NCBI RefSeq assembly: GCF_021028975.2 | Contig: NC_059430.1 | Span: forward strand, 60,326,001 to 60,390,000 | Direction: 5' to 3' | DNA: 64,000 nucleotides | Source of the DNA: Sphaerodactylus townsendi | Lineage: Eukaryota | Shown: positions 12,854 through 25,065 of the stretch, piece after piece | How positions within the stretch are numbered: position 1 is the first letter of the stretch | Layout of the letters: each line of letters starts with the position of its first letter | Notes under the pieces: generated by a model | What the model was told of the DNA's origin: nothing | Seen by the model: the letters and a program-made list of their open reading frames with translations, nothing else | Databases searched by the model: none | Translations under genes and position numbers: made by a program

Positions 12854-13109
12854 ACTGTGTTACAGCATCTGAGTGTCAATGAAGTGGGACTGTAAGAGAT
12901 GAGAATGCATGAAATTGTGGTCAAGCCAAGCACTGAGATTATCAAGCTTTCACAAGAGCTCCAGTTCTCATAAGAGCCCAGGAACTCCAATGGAGATTAT
13001 GTGACTTTCCTCTTTAAATAAAGAGGCCTGGAAGTGGCCAGCACTTTGCCTTTATGTGTGCATCAGGTGAAAACTGAGAAGTGACAGCGGCAGTAATGGC
13101 AAGGAGTGG

Positions 13110-13460
13110 AACAGGAAGAATGGAGAGGTTTATACCCTGCCTTTCTCCTCAGTGGGGATCCAGGGATCTTACATCATTCTCCTCTCTATTTTGTCCTCAC
13201 ACAACAATCTTTTAAGTAGATTAGGTTAAGAATATATTACTGGTTCAAGGTCACCGAACAAGCTTCCATGACAGAGTGGGGATTTGAACCTGGGTCTGCC
13301 AGATCCTAGTCCAGGGGTCTGCAACCTGTGGCTCTCCAGATGTTCACGGACTACAATTCCCATGCTGGCAGGAGCTGATGGGAATTGTAGTCTGTGAATA
13401 TCTGGAGAGCCACAGGTTGCAGACCCCTGTCCTAGTCTAACACTGTAATCACTGCATCAC
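13110..13460 (-). mobile_element. Squam3-like tRNA SINE interrupted by a hAT MITE
   Basis: CAAGGTCACC..., B-box reverse complement GGGATTTGAACCTGGG, SINE body resumes after the MITE. Confidence 0.75.
13312..13429. mobile_element. URR1-like hAT MITE
   Basis: Near-palindromic, TIR CAGGGGTCTGCAACC; perfect 8-bp TSD TCCTAGTC (13304-13311, 13430-13437). Confidence 0.92.
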
Positions 13461-13809
13461 ATTAGGATGGGGTGCTCAAAACTAATGAGAAGAATGCTAA
13501 CAGGCTGATGGCTGGCACACAGGCAAGACAGTAAATATGCAAACTGGTTGTCGGGCAAATATGTACATGTTCACACATAAGGGAAAGAGCCACAGTAGTA
13601 TATCAATAAGATTGTTCTTGCCTCTGCTGAAACTAGGAGAAGTATTTATAGACCGCTCAGATCAATGATGACCAGCGACCCATCAGAGATGAGGGAGAGG
13701 AAATTGTGGCGCTATGAACAGCCCCGTGCTCTTCAGTTTTCATTTCTTATTCTAATGGATTGATCAGCAACCCTAGAATAAACAAAATGAAGTAGAAATT
13801 TGGGTCACT

Positions 13810-14050
13810 GGAAACTTCCAGTGCAATGAGAGTCAGGTTTAAACAAGTTTAAACTGGGATCTGGAAGATCCCAGGTTTGAATCCCTACCTTGCCCATGGA
13901 AGCTTTCTGGGTGACTTTGGGCTAGTCACATACTGTCAGTGTAACCCACCTTGTGAGGATAAAATGAAGGAGAGGACAACAATGTAAGCCACTTTGCATC
14001 CCCAATGGGGAAAAAGGTTGGGCTTAAACAAAGCAAATAAATAAATAAAC
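13810..14050 (+). mobile_element. Squam3-like SINE (older copy)
   Basis: B-box-like AGGTTTGAATCCC, CTGGGTGACTTTGGGCTAGTCACA, TTGTGAGGATAAAATG, (AAAT)n tail. Confidence 0.75.
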
Positions 14051-15620
14051 ACCTTATTCTAAAACAGACTTTGTGTAACATTTATAATACTTTCTCTCAT
14101 TACTTTGAATGCTTTGGATTACTGGTCATTGCCTATAAAGTCATAGTAGGTATAATAATGGTAGGTTTTGGGGTTTTTTGTTTTTGCTTCTCATGAGAAA
14201 TGAATAGAAATCTGCTTCTGTTTCTGGAATTTCTCTTCGGTTTGGTGATTTGATTTGAGAGTACAAAAAAAAGGTTTTCTGTTCTTCTGTCTCCAGTGAT
14301 CATCTGCCTTTTCATCTTAGCATAATGACTAGTTTGAGGAAGCCCCTATTCACAGAGAGTGCCTCTGGAGACAGCCAGCACATCTCTTGTTGAGGCAATG
14401 TAAGTGCTTGCTACAGTGCTTTATAATTTATGTCACTTCAGCTGAAAAAGGAGATTTCTAGCAAGTTTGGGGTGGAAGAAGGAAAACAAGCCCTTTGATA
14501 ATGTTAGAGTGCAATGCACCCTTAGCAGATGGCAGTGTCAAGTGTGATTTGTACATGATTATTATTGAGTTTTAGGTGGTGCTTTATATTCTTGGTTCTT
14601 GATGAGGAGCTTCATTTGTACACATCATCATTATCTCTTGTGACATATGCTTTAGTGATATTAATCTGTGCTTTACTCCTGCAGCAATAATCATGGGGTT
14701 GTACTCATTCTTTTTATTGTGTTGTCATGCTATCTATGGTTGCATTCATGATTTCAGATACGTTTACCATATAGGGGACAGGCTGTTGCTCAATGGTGAT
14801 TTATGCACAGCAGAAATAAAACATCTTTAGGACTTTTAAAGAAACATTTTGGGAAAGACGTTCGCACAGCACTCTCCCCCAAAATGTCTTCAAAATATTT
14901 TATTTTTCTCAACCCACGTTTCTCAAAAATGGCTAAACTAGCAGTCTTCCCCCCCCCCCCCCCCCGGGTTGAAAATATTTCCTGCCTGCTGAATGATCAA
15001 AAACAGGCAGGAAAGCCTTTATCTCTCCCTCCCAAACCTCTTACTTTCATTTTTGCTGTCCACGCCTGCCATTTTATGCTGCAGCAGAGATTATCTGAAG
15101 GTTCCCCACAGAAGATTCCACTACTTGCAGCTCATCCGTGCATGATTTCCCTGGGAAAAATAGATGAATAAATTTTGTTTTGCCCAGCTACCCTGTGCGC
15201 ATGTTGTTTTACCTTTTTTGTTGTTTTGAGGGGGATCTCTGAAACTACAATGTCACAATTAGAGAAGCTGCAATATGCACATATTTGTTGTGCCTTACAG
15301 TGTGCTTCACAGACATCCCACTCAAAACAAAAAAAGTTAAAAAAGACGTGCGCAGTATCCCTTGGCAAAGCAAACTTTATTCATCAAATTTTTACACAAA
15401 AATCACATGTGGATGAGCTGCAAGCAGAGGAGATCTCTGTGGAAAACCTTCGCCAAATGACAGAGGCACGGAGAATTTCTGCAGCAGCACACAAAATGGC
15501 AGGCGCAACTGTGAAACTGACAAGAGCTCTATTCAGCAGGCAGGAAAAAAAGATTCTGACAATGTTCAATCGTAGAATGGCCAGTTTTAAAACCTAATTG
15601 GCAAGAATGGAGGATCTTGT

Positions 15621-15803
15621 CGAAGGCTTTCACGGCCGGAATCACTTGGGTGCTGTGTGGTTTCCAGGCTGTATGGCCGTGTTCTAGCAGCATTCTCTCC
15701 TGACGTTTCGCCTCTGAAGATGCCAGCCACAGATGCAGGCGAAACGTCAGGAGAGAATGCTGCTAGAACACGGCCATACAGCCCGGAAACCACACAGCAC
15801 CCA
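15621..15803. mobile_element. Palindromic non-autonomous Penelope pLTR insertion
   Basis: Minus-strand pLTR piece with tail (15621-15713) joined to a plus-strand piece (15711-15803); 15-bp TSD AATGGAGGATCTTGT (15606-15620, 15804-15818). Confidence 0.9.
15711..15751 (+). ncRNA. Hammerhead ribozyme (type I, minimal, intact core)
   Basis: Stem I CCU/AGG, CUGAAGA 15714-15720, stem II GCC/GGC, GAAA 15741-15744, GUC triplet with predicted cut after 15748. Confidence 0.85.
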
Positions 15804-15993
15804 AATGGAGGATCTTGTTATCATTAACCCAGTCCTCCAATTTGCATTTCAAAAATTTGGCATAAACTTTTGAAGCAATTGGTCTATCATTCCATGGATC
15901 ATGCTTATCACCCTTCTTATGGATGGGAACTATTAAGCTGGATGTCCAACCGCACAGTACCACCAGTGTTATTAGTTTGTGTAGAGAGGCTTG

Positions 15994-16552
15994 TGTGAAG
16001 AGGTTGTTCCGGTTGCAGTCTCAGGTAGATTCACACTTGCCTGACAAGGACCTTTGATCTTCAGATAGGAAGCCAAAAAGCCTTTGAATAAATTATGCAA
16101 AGGAAGCTAGTGTAGATCAGAAGTTGATTTACAAGGGGGCCAGGAAACAGAGTTTACCTGAGAACCAAGGGGAGAGAACAATGGGAATTCTGATCCAGGC
16201 CAGGCAGGAAAAAGCAACTCCTGATCCCAGGTCTGAAACTGTCATGATGTGTGCCATGGGGGATGGGAGGCTGCTGGGATTTTGCTGTATTCTGCTGTGC
16301 TTTGCTGTTCTGTGCTGTTGCTTCCCACAGGTGTCTTATCTTCCTCGACCTGCCTATGTAACCTTGGCAGTGAGTTACAGAGAATGTTGTGCATAGAACT
16401 TCTCACGTTTGGGAGGGGGAGAGAACACTGATGTATATCATCTGCTGTTCTGAGAGTGTTCCTCAGAACATACTTTTGCCTTCTTTCTGCCTGTAGCAAT
16501 AAAACTCTTTGAACTGTCAATTATTTTGTTGTCTATGCAGAGGAGTTCTGAC
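15994..16552 (+). mobile_element. LTR-like segment
   Basis: TG...TGACA ends, AATAAA at ~16498 followed by a U5-like T-rich stretch; no clear TSD. Confidence 0.5.
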
Positions 16553-16589
16553 AGAAACAAAACCAGTTTGGAACGATGATATAGCTGAG

Positions 16590-17540
16590 AAATTTATGTA
16601 TTAGAACATTTCCTATTTTTGTTTTTCAATAAAATCTTTGGAAAACTCAGTGATTTTTGAGTATCTGGAAAAAAGAACCCAGGATTTATAAGGCAGGCGT
16701 GGATCCCCACATCCCTAGTCCTGTGATATTATGGCAGCGATTAAAGGTTCCAGTACTCTGGTTTGAGCATGTTCCTGGTTCTGTGGCGGTCAGTGATGGC
16801 AGAGCATTCTGACAAAAGCTGGCAGGGAGAAAGGCAGGCTGGTGCATTTGCCGAGGTGGATGTCACTCTGCCTGAGACTTCTCTGGACTGCGGAGTTCAG
16901 GACTGGAGGTCGGTGATCGTTGGGTTTGATGGTGCTTCAGGTGCTGAGATGGAATACCGGGACAGCGTGAGTGACTTTGCAGGTTTCCAAAGCCAAGTCA
17001 GTCCTGAGACCCAGAAAGGCAGCTTAAACAAACCGCAACTATAACTCACAGGAAGGATTTTGCCCTTAATGTGGAAGGTCCAGCAGCTGTACCTGTTCCA
17101 AATGGACCAGCCTGTTTCTTCTGCAAAGTGACAGGCCACCTTAAAAAAAATTGTCCCAAGCAAGGGGAGAAGCTTGCAGCTGGAATGAGATTTTACTCGG
17201 GAGCCAGTGCTGTGCATCTTGCAAGGATGGAAGAGAAGGGCAATCGCCAGTATGAACTGCTTCAGGAGAGGGTGGCTTCCAATGAGGCAACTTTATGCGC
17301 TGTGACCCAGGGAAAGCGGCAGCACAGAAACATCTTGGGTCAGCTCTCTGACAGTGATTCACCAGCAAAGAATTGTCAGCATGAAATACATTGCACCAAT
17401 GAAGTAGAAGGTCTGGGTGGAAAGCCTGCAAAAAGAACCTGTGATACTTGGACAGACTCTTCAATTGGATGGTACTTTGGACTCTGGGGCAGACATTTCA
17501 TCGATCAGGGCTGATTTATTGCCAAAAGTGCCTCACAAGT
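16590..17540 (+). mobile_element. Ty3/Gypsy LTR element 5' relic (LTR end, PBS, gag zinc knuckle, protease)
   Basis: AATAAA ~16628, PBS-like TGGCAGCG ~16732, CFFCKVTGHLKKNC (CCHC) in ORF 17071, and GTLDSGADISSIRADLLP from 17471 in another frame. Confidence 0.8.
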
Positions 17541-17602
17541 GATATGGACAGGTAAAAATCTTGCCAAAAGTGCCTCACAAGTGATATGGACAGGTACAAA
17601 TC
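17519..17602 (+). repeat. 42-bp tandem duplication
   Basis: TTGCCAAAAGTGCCTCACAAGTGATATGGACAGGTA(A/C)AAATC x2. Confidence 0.95.
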
Positions 17603-19009
17603 TTGACCTTCTACTTCATTGCCATATGAAGCAAATGTAATTTCTTTCAAAACTTTTCTCAGTGTGATTTGCATTCCTCAGGTTTCCACCTCCTCCCCCA
17701 GATGTGTTAAATCTCAGAAGGGGTTGTGGGTGTATTTTTACTGCAGTACACATGTTTGTGAGTACCTGTACATGGACACAGAAAACAATTTCACAAAATG
17801 CCTATCTCCTATTCAGACTGCAGATGCTTCTGAGAAATGCGCCTCGGAGTTAAAACTGAAATCACAAAAATTATGTTCATTTGCTGAATGTATGTTTCCT
17901 TTCTGTCTTTCTGTTTGCAATGCTTTGATCTGTTCCTGGCAGGCTTTCTTTTTTTTTATGGATAGTTGCTTTTTCTTCTTTAATGATCTGGATGGACTCT
18001 CTCATCTCTACTTTTCTTTTGAACAAGTCAGGATTGTCCAGCTTTGCTAAACATAGAGGTGATTACAACAAGTTCTGACCTCACAATAGCACATTTCCAG
18101 TTGTAATTATTGGACTTTCTGGCAGCCCAGCCATATAGCAATTGCTTAGTTCATATTAAACAAATATATGCCTGGGGCTGTTTCAGACTTTTTTGCATCA
18201 TGACCAAAATGAATAGTATTAACCTGCCCGCAGCAGACGTGGAACATTTAAAGTACATAATAATGTCTTGGGATAGAATCTGAGCAAGGGTGATTCAAAT
18301 TTGAATGAGTGGATTTTATCTGGTTATAAATTTAGCTGTGGCTACAATATGAACGTAGTTACTGCAGTCTTGTTATAAATTATATAACTAGAACTGTTAG
18401 ATTTTGGGGACATTTAAATGGTGCATGTTTACTGGCATGAAAATGCGTAAGAAAAAGATTATTTTCAACTTCATCAGATGGTTTCTAAAATGAGTTAGTA
18501 TTCTCAAAAAGGTGGTACATTCCATTTTTATCAAATTGCTTAGGAAATTCACTGTATGTCATATCACCCTTCCATTGTGGCTTAAATAAATAAAAGATTT
18601 GCGTGTATACAGTTATCATAGATGTCCATAGTTGTTCAGGCAGAAAATCTGCAAAAGGTTTCCATCAGCTAGTTGTCATGTTATACTCGAATGATTACTA
18701 AAAGCAGCCTTTTGTCAGCAGAAAAAATATTGCAGTTCTCAAAGATCATAGCAGATTATTTACTATAATTTATATTTTAAATTTTTTGCCAGGTCAACTG
18801 ACACATGTACTATCAAGCAGAAGGAATTTCAATGGAGACATGTGTCTTGTTTTTCCTGAACAAGTCAATGTGTTTTCTATAGAGCAAATAGTAAGAGAGG
18901 AGGTTAGAGCAGGTGGCACAAGCATAGAGCACCAGAATGAAGGTATAGCTATCACTTCCCTTGCAGACAAGTCCTTACCTATTGGATGAAGAATGTATCT
19001 ATGAAAGTG

Positions 19010-19260
19010 TATCTTGGCCTCTTAAGTGAGGCCAAGGAAAGAAGAAACCACTGGGAGTATTAAAGATGGTGCACAGGTTCATACTGAGATGCAGTCCTTT
19101 AATTATGTAGGTCCAAGTTTGTGAGAAGTTTTAAAGGTAACAACCAATATCTTGAATTGAAACCTGAGAACAAAACAAAATAAACATACAAAACCAACCA
19201 AGAAGTTCCAGAAGATTTTTTGTATTGTTGAACCCACATTCTGAATCAGTAAGAAGGCAA
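19010..19260 (-). mobile_element. Degraded L2-type LINE fragment
   Basis: ORF 19103-19390 contains QFKILVVTFK...LGPT, the L2 RT C-terminal motif. Confidence 0.6.
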
Positions 19261-21599
19261 TGTTTGGGCATCCTGCCCAGTTTAATGCTGGAGCTGGTAT
19301 CTGGGTTGTTGTTATTATAGAACAATGTATCAGATTTTTCTTTTTTCTATTTGCAAATTTGTAAAAAGACTTCAAGATGCAAGTAGCCAAGTTTCATTGA
19401 CAAATTAGCAACTTTTAAACGGGATGTTTTCATTGTAAATCTTTCATTTCTTGAATATAAGGAGTATGAGTAAAGGAATATGAAATTTCTTGGTATGTGT
19501 TTTTAAAATGAACAGAAGATTGAACAAGAATTGAGGAAGAAGTTGGGTTTTTAGGGATTCTTCTAGAAGAGGTAATGTACACAGGTAGTGTAACTCTGTG
19601 TCATAATGCAGAATGAAAGCGAAGAAACAATGCAACATCAAGCGAGTCACTTAATTTTCCAACCATATTGTGTGCATTCAGAAAGGAATCGAAAGACCGG
19701 TAGAATAAAGGAAATAAAAACAAAGTACTAGAAAGAGGACAGGGCACAAGGTGATTGTGAGAAGCGACTATGCTATGGCCTCTTTTTTATGCATCGCTGC
19801 TGATTCCTAGGCATATGATGCCTATCTAGGTCAGATAAATAAAACTAAGTCTTCATGTACAAAGAACCACAGCTTTTTCTCTTGCAGGGAAATAAAGGCA
19901 CTGTGATTCTATGAGGTTTGCTTTTTCATGTTTTGTCTTTATGTTTTTCCAGACAATGTCTTTTTTACTTGGACAGTCATTTATGTCCCATCATGTCAGA
20001 AGCACAGATCAAAAAGGAAAAGGGGACATCTACAGCTGTTTGGCCATATACATGTAGACCAAATATCACAAAATCTGTTTTTGACATGACTGGGCCAAGT
20101 GTGAGCAGTCAACAAAAACATAATTTTGGCAACTGTATTATAATTGGTGCACGAAATAAAAAATGCTGACACATCATGAACTGTGATAACGAGATACTGT
20201 ACTAAAGGGAAAATTAAAGGAGAAATTTTATTAGACCTTAGCATATGCAGTCATCACTTCATAGTGCTTAAGAGCTGTAGTTTGTTGCAGATGTTTTATA
20301 TTGCTGTGCTGAATCACCCTTTTTATTAATTCCCTTTGCATCCATTCTAGTCCCTCCTCCCCCCCACAAACATCTCTCAACCCCTGAGAGAAATGAACTA
20401 GCCAAGCAACTTTATATTTCATATCTATATCCTACAGCTCACTATATAATGGCAGAGAGAGTACTCAAGCTTCCAGTCTAATTGCTCTTGAGATAATATA
20501 GAGGTCGACAGCTAATCATTCTCTGTGTGTTTGCAGAGTATAAGTTGCTGAACCATGTGTTGAAAATGCCTGTTGAAGGTCTCTGACAAATTGGAGGTTT
20601 AACTTGTTATTTGCTGCTGCAACATTTTTTTCCTTTTTTTTGACCTGACACAATGAGCAAAATGTTCCCTATATTGGTAGAAAAAAATAGGAACCAGTCC
20701 CTTTTTGCCGGGGGTGGGGGATGGGGTAGGAGTAAACCATATTCCTGGTTACTAATCTAGTAATCTAATATGGCTAACTCTAGTACGTAGCCATATTCCT
20801 GGTTACTAATCAAAACATTGCCTGACCCATCCCTTAGAAGGCAAACTTGTGAAGAAGAAATGGTTTGTTTAGTATTTGCAAGATTAAAGAGTTAAGGTTC
20901 TGCTTAGTTTGCACTGAAGCAGGAGGGGGAGAAAGCCTTTTACAAAAAAGACACACTCAGCTGAATCAGAGCACACATAATGGAATCTGTATTTTTATCT
21001 TCATTTTTCTGACATTTTACTTAAAATGAAAAGTGCATCCAAGTGCATCCATTTTGCTTAATCCAGACACAAAATTCAAAGATAGATCAACTGAAACATT
21101 TGAAAAATGGTTCACAAATTATGACTAGCATTTCACAACCACAAAATAACAGCTACTGGTCACGGACTCTAAAAAGCACCAACTGATATGGGGTAATGTT
21201 CTCTTATTGGGTTTTTGTGAGAAAATTGGGCCTAGCTTTGCTTAATCGGTTCTGTTTCTTACATAGGCACCTCAATTTTGGTATAAGTGGCTTGAACCTC
21301 TATAAACCTGATCTTATTTATGGCAGTTTGTTAGGGGAAGTAGAGAATAAGCATAGAATGAATTAAATGTAGTGAATTGGCAAGGAAAGATATAGCTACT
21401 ATATATTGGGCAGCAATTGGGCAGTGCTTGTCAAGAATAATATTACTTGGTGATATGGGAATTATTGAGTTTTCTGTTATTTTTTATTATAAAGCATCCC
21501 ATGACTTACATTGAAACAATCTTTGTCGCTGACTTTTATTTTCTACTGTTTAGTACTCTCCTACTATCAATTGTCCCATGTTGTTCTGTGCAAGAATAG

Positions 21600-21740
21600 T
21601 CAAACGCGTCGTGCCGAGGAAGTGAAGGCGTGGGGGGGGGGGGCTCACGATGCACCGGGCATGGGCTGGGGCATTCCAGGACAGAACAGGGGCACAGGGC
21701 ACACGCATGCCCCGGGTGCAGTTCCCCCTTGCTCCAGTCC
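21600..21740 (-). mobile_element. GC-rich non-autonomous DNA-element fragment
   Basis: Reverse-complement similarity to 61131-61282 (GGAGCAAGGGGGAACTGCACCCGGGCATGCGTGTGCCCTGTGCCCCTG). Confidence 0.55.
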
Positions 21741-22135
21741 TGAGAATATTGTTGGTTTTTGCTGCAGTAGCTATGATAAACTTGTTATGACTATTTCATC
21801 TGTGGATGCCATTTTTGCATTACTGTTTGTGCATCCTGGAGGAAGGCTTCCACTTCACAGTTCAAGATCTGTTTTGTTGTCACTGTGTCATGAATCTGTC
21901 TGCCCATCTCCCACTACTCCTTAGTTTACAATTAGTGCTGCTGGCTGTTCTCATATATGTACTGCTATTGTAATCTTTCCTCTCTTCAACCTATCCTCTG
22001 TTACATAGCTTCACTCTGAATTGTATCTTTAGTAGTCTTTTTTTACAACTGCGTATCATAATAAATTCTGCTTTTCAATTGTCTTTACAAGTGATGTGTC
22101 AACCAATGTGTGCATTTTCCACATTGGCAATCTAT

Positions 22136-23156
22136 GGTCGATTCCCCACTTCAAAAAATACGGAGATACGCACCGGTTTGGTTTGCTGCGGGGCCTTTTG
22201 TGCACGGTTTCACAGTCCCCACTGCAGCTTCTGCGCCAGCCACGCAGCAGCCATGCAGGACTCCCCACAAACGTGCGATCCGCTCATGGGCTGTCCTGAT
22301 TGGCTGCTGCATTGTACTGGGGCAGGATTTTTTTTTATTTTCAAAAGAATGAATGTACGTCTCCACGAATGACGTCTGGGCTTGCTCCATTTGCACACGC
22401 TCGCTTCTTTCCTGGGGGTGGAGGGGAAAGTGAGCTCCCTTTCATGTGCCCAGTGGATATTGAGGCCCCGCTTCTGAAGCCAGGGGAGGAGAAGATGGAG
22501 GCAGAAGAAAGGGAAGAGAAGCTGAGGGGGCTTTGAGTCGGAGCCCCTCTTGCCTCCCTCCCGAAGCCCAAAGGTGGAGCAGCAGTGGCAGCAGCCTCGC
22601 AGTCCTGCAGCAGGTGCAGAGAGGTGGAAACGCACTTCTCTGCCTCTCACGGGTCAGCTGCAGCGGATTTGAGGGGGCACAAAAAGACAATTTCCCAAAA
22701 GGGACCAAAAAATCCTCCATTTGATTGAAAGAAGGAGCGAGAAACTTATTGTGCAGGGAAGGGAAGAGAACCAAAACCCCCCCACAAGAGGGAGCCAATG
22801 GGGCAGTCCCTGAAGCCAGGGAGAAGGGATGCTGCTTGCAAACGCCCGGCTTCCCCTCCTTCCCTTCCCCTATTTCCTTCAACCAGGGCTATATTCTACC
22901 CCCCTTCTCTCTCCCCCCCTTCCCTCCCCACGTCATCAAAAAGAGCCCGGACTTCCCCACTGCTCCTCTCTTGGTGCGGAGGTTTCCCAAAAGGTGCTCT
23001 TCCAACCAGGATCCTAAATGACACGCGCTGAGGGGGTGGGAGAGTGGCAGAATCGGGGTGGCTGCGTTGTTGCCACTGGGGTAGTGGGGAGTGCTGCAGG
23101 ACCCCGGGCTATTTCCCGTGAATAGCCCACATCAAATGGTGAGTGGGGAAACGACC
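22136..23156. mobile_element. Non-autonomous PIF/Harbinger-like element (~1 kb)
   Basis: TIR GGTCGATTCCCCACT / AGTGGGGAAACGACC; 3-bp TSD TAT on both sides; GC/CpG-rich interior. Confidence 0.85.
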
Positions 23157-23177
23157 TATATTATATTGTATTGTGCT

Positions 23178-23890
23178 TGTGGCAGTGAAACCTCTGGTAT
23201 TGATTGGTGTAGCTGGTATGCTGGCTTAAACTGGTTAGGAAATAAAATACTTTACAGGCAGGCTTCTGTGAGGGAGGGAAAAGATGACAGTTTGGCTGGA
23301 ATTAAAACTGTAGTCAGGAGGTAGCTGAGGCCTTGGGCATAAGGAAGGGTGCCGAGCCCAGAGCCAAGGAGGCTGAAAGAAGGATGCTGAATAGAATGTG
23401 GTTTGAGGAAGAAGAACTTGAAAGATGGGCAAGTAGAAGAAAATACAGAAGTTGACAGGGAACTGAGGTTAAGACAGGCTAATCAGAGAGGAGTATTTGT
23501 GTGGTTGCAGATGTATGGTTGGACAAGAAGAATGCTAGTCAGTCTGATTAAGGAACATGATGGTTAAAGGAAGTACAGAAGAGTAGACAGAGACCTGAGG
23601 AAACAATGGATAGTGAAGACTGAATAAAGGAACTCTGGAGTTGAAGAAGGAAACCTCTGAAGAAATTGGGTCTGGAACAAATTAAAAATAGGTATGAAAC
23701 AGGTGCGGTTGTAAACTACTGACTGAAAGAAGTGACCAGACAAGAGAAAGGAGGCATAGGACTCGATAGTACTGATGGGAATTCTGGCAGCTGCAGGGTT
23801 TTTTGATCAGTGAAACACTGTATGCTTGCAGCCACCAATCTCTGATGATTAAACCTGTTTAGGTTTGTAATGAAAAACAAATATGGCACA
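23178..23890 (+). mobile_element. Possible solo LTR
   Basis: TGTGGCA...TGGCACA ends, purine-rich body, ATTAAA near the 3' end; no TSD. Confidence 0.4.
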
Positions 23891-25065
23891 AAATCTCTAG
23901 GTAGTCTTATAATGATAATAGAAAATATTAAATGAGGCTATAAATGTTATCTAGTATTATGTAGCAGTGATGACATTTCAGAACAGGAAAATGACTGCCT
24001 TCAAAAGCGACCCTTTTTCTTCAATTTTAACTACACAATTTCTGGTTCCATTCCAAACATCTACGTAGGTTAGAAATGGTAGATCATTATAAAGTGGCAG
24101 AATGACAGAATCATTATGAACTGCAGGAACAAGAAGGATTCATCTTATAAGATATGTCTAAACAACATTATAATATGCTAAACATTGTCAGCTGTACAGC
24201 ATCAGCCTAGTCTCCTCTGTGCATTTCCTAGGATCTCTGGAGAGTCCCTTTCAGATTGTAGTGGCTTCAACACCTGTGACATAGTGGGAGAAGGAACAGC
24301 TTGTTTTAATCCACATAAACCTTTGTAATACTGGAAAATCTTTTCAGATATGCCTAAAACAATCATTTTCACTATTGTGCAAATGAGTGTTATTTCAAAA
24401 TGCCAGTATCATAATAATGTGTATTTAAAAAATTAATACAAATCACTTTGGAGTAAATAGAAATACTTCTATTAGCTTACCACCTGTAAAAAGCCAAAGA
24501 CAATCTATAACAAAGCTCTCCTGACAGCAAAGATCCCTTCGCTATAGGAGGGCTGGAGTTAGCAGGGTTAGACAGACTTTCCTGGGAACTTTCCTACTTT
24601 TAAAGTAGCAGAAAGGTTTGGAAGCTGCTTGTTGTGGTTTCTGTATTGTACCAGAAATAATGATGCAAGCCAGGTCCCATGGGCCAATGTGTAGTCTATG
24701 GGGGAAACTTGTTTAGTACTCTATTTCTGATAGAGAATGTCAGTTCATGTCAGATAAAAGCAAAAAAAAAAAAAAACAGAAAGGAAGACAGAATCAGCCA
24801 ACCGAAACAATTACAAAAAGAACTCTTTTTATATGCAACCTTTTCATATAAGTTTCATGTGGCCAGGAACACCATGAAAAATGGCAGGCATGTTCATATA
24901 AGAGTACATTTTAAAAGAAAATAAATTAAAAGACTACCTCTGAAATAAAAGAAGATATTTTAACATTTTCAATCAGGCCTTTTAAAAATACATCCATTGT
25001 TGTTTTCAATAACTGAAAGGCTCTTCCACCTCCCTCCCAGGAAGGAGGTTTAAGTTAGACTGTTA

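Larger units (their letters stand above)
15540..15992 (-). mobile_element. LINE reverse-transcriptase fragment split by a Penelope insertion
   Basis: WTSSLIVPIHKKGD...RPIASKVYAK...KILH continues across the insertion as SCQLGFKTGHSTIEH (Q.GF...ST.DH motif). Confidence 0.8.

Noticed and set aside
14795-15360. Possible old Harbinger-like element
   Set aside because: Terminal repeats too weak to define boundaries
17071-17514. CCHC zinc-knuckle ORF as a host gene
   Set aside because: Context (PBS, out-of-frame DSGA protease) marks it as decayed Gypsy gag
20737-20811. 21-bp direct repeat CCATATTCCTGGTTACTAATC with a 33-bp spacer (CRISPR-like spacing)
   Set aside because: Only two units in vertebrate DNA; a local duplication or repair scar
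22056-23031. Many overlapping ORFs on both strands
   Set aside because: Stop-poor GC-rich MITE interior with no protein motif
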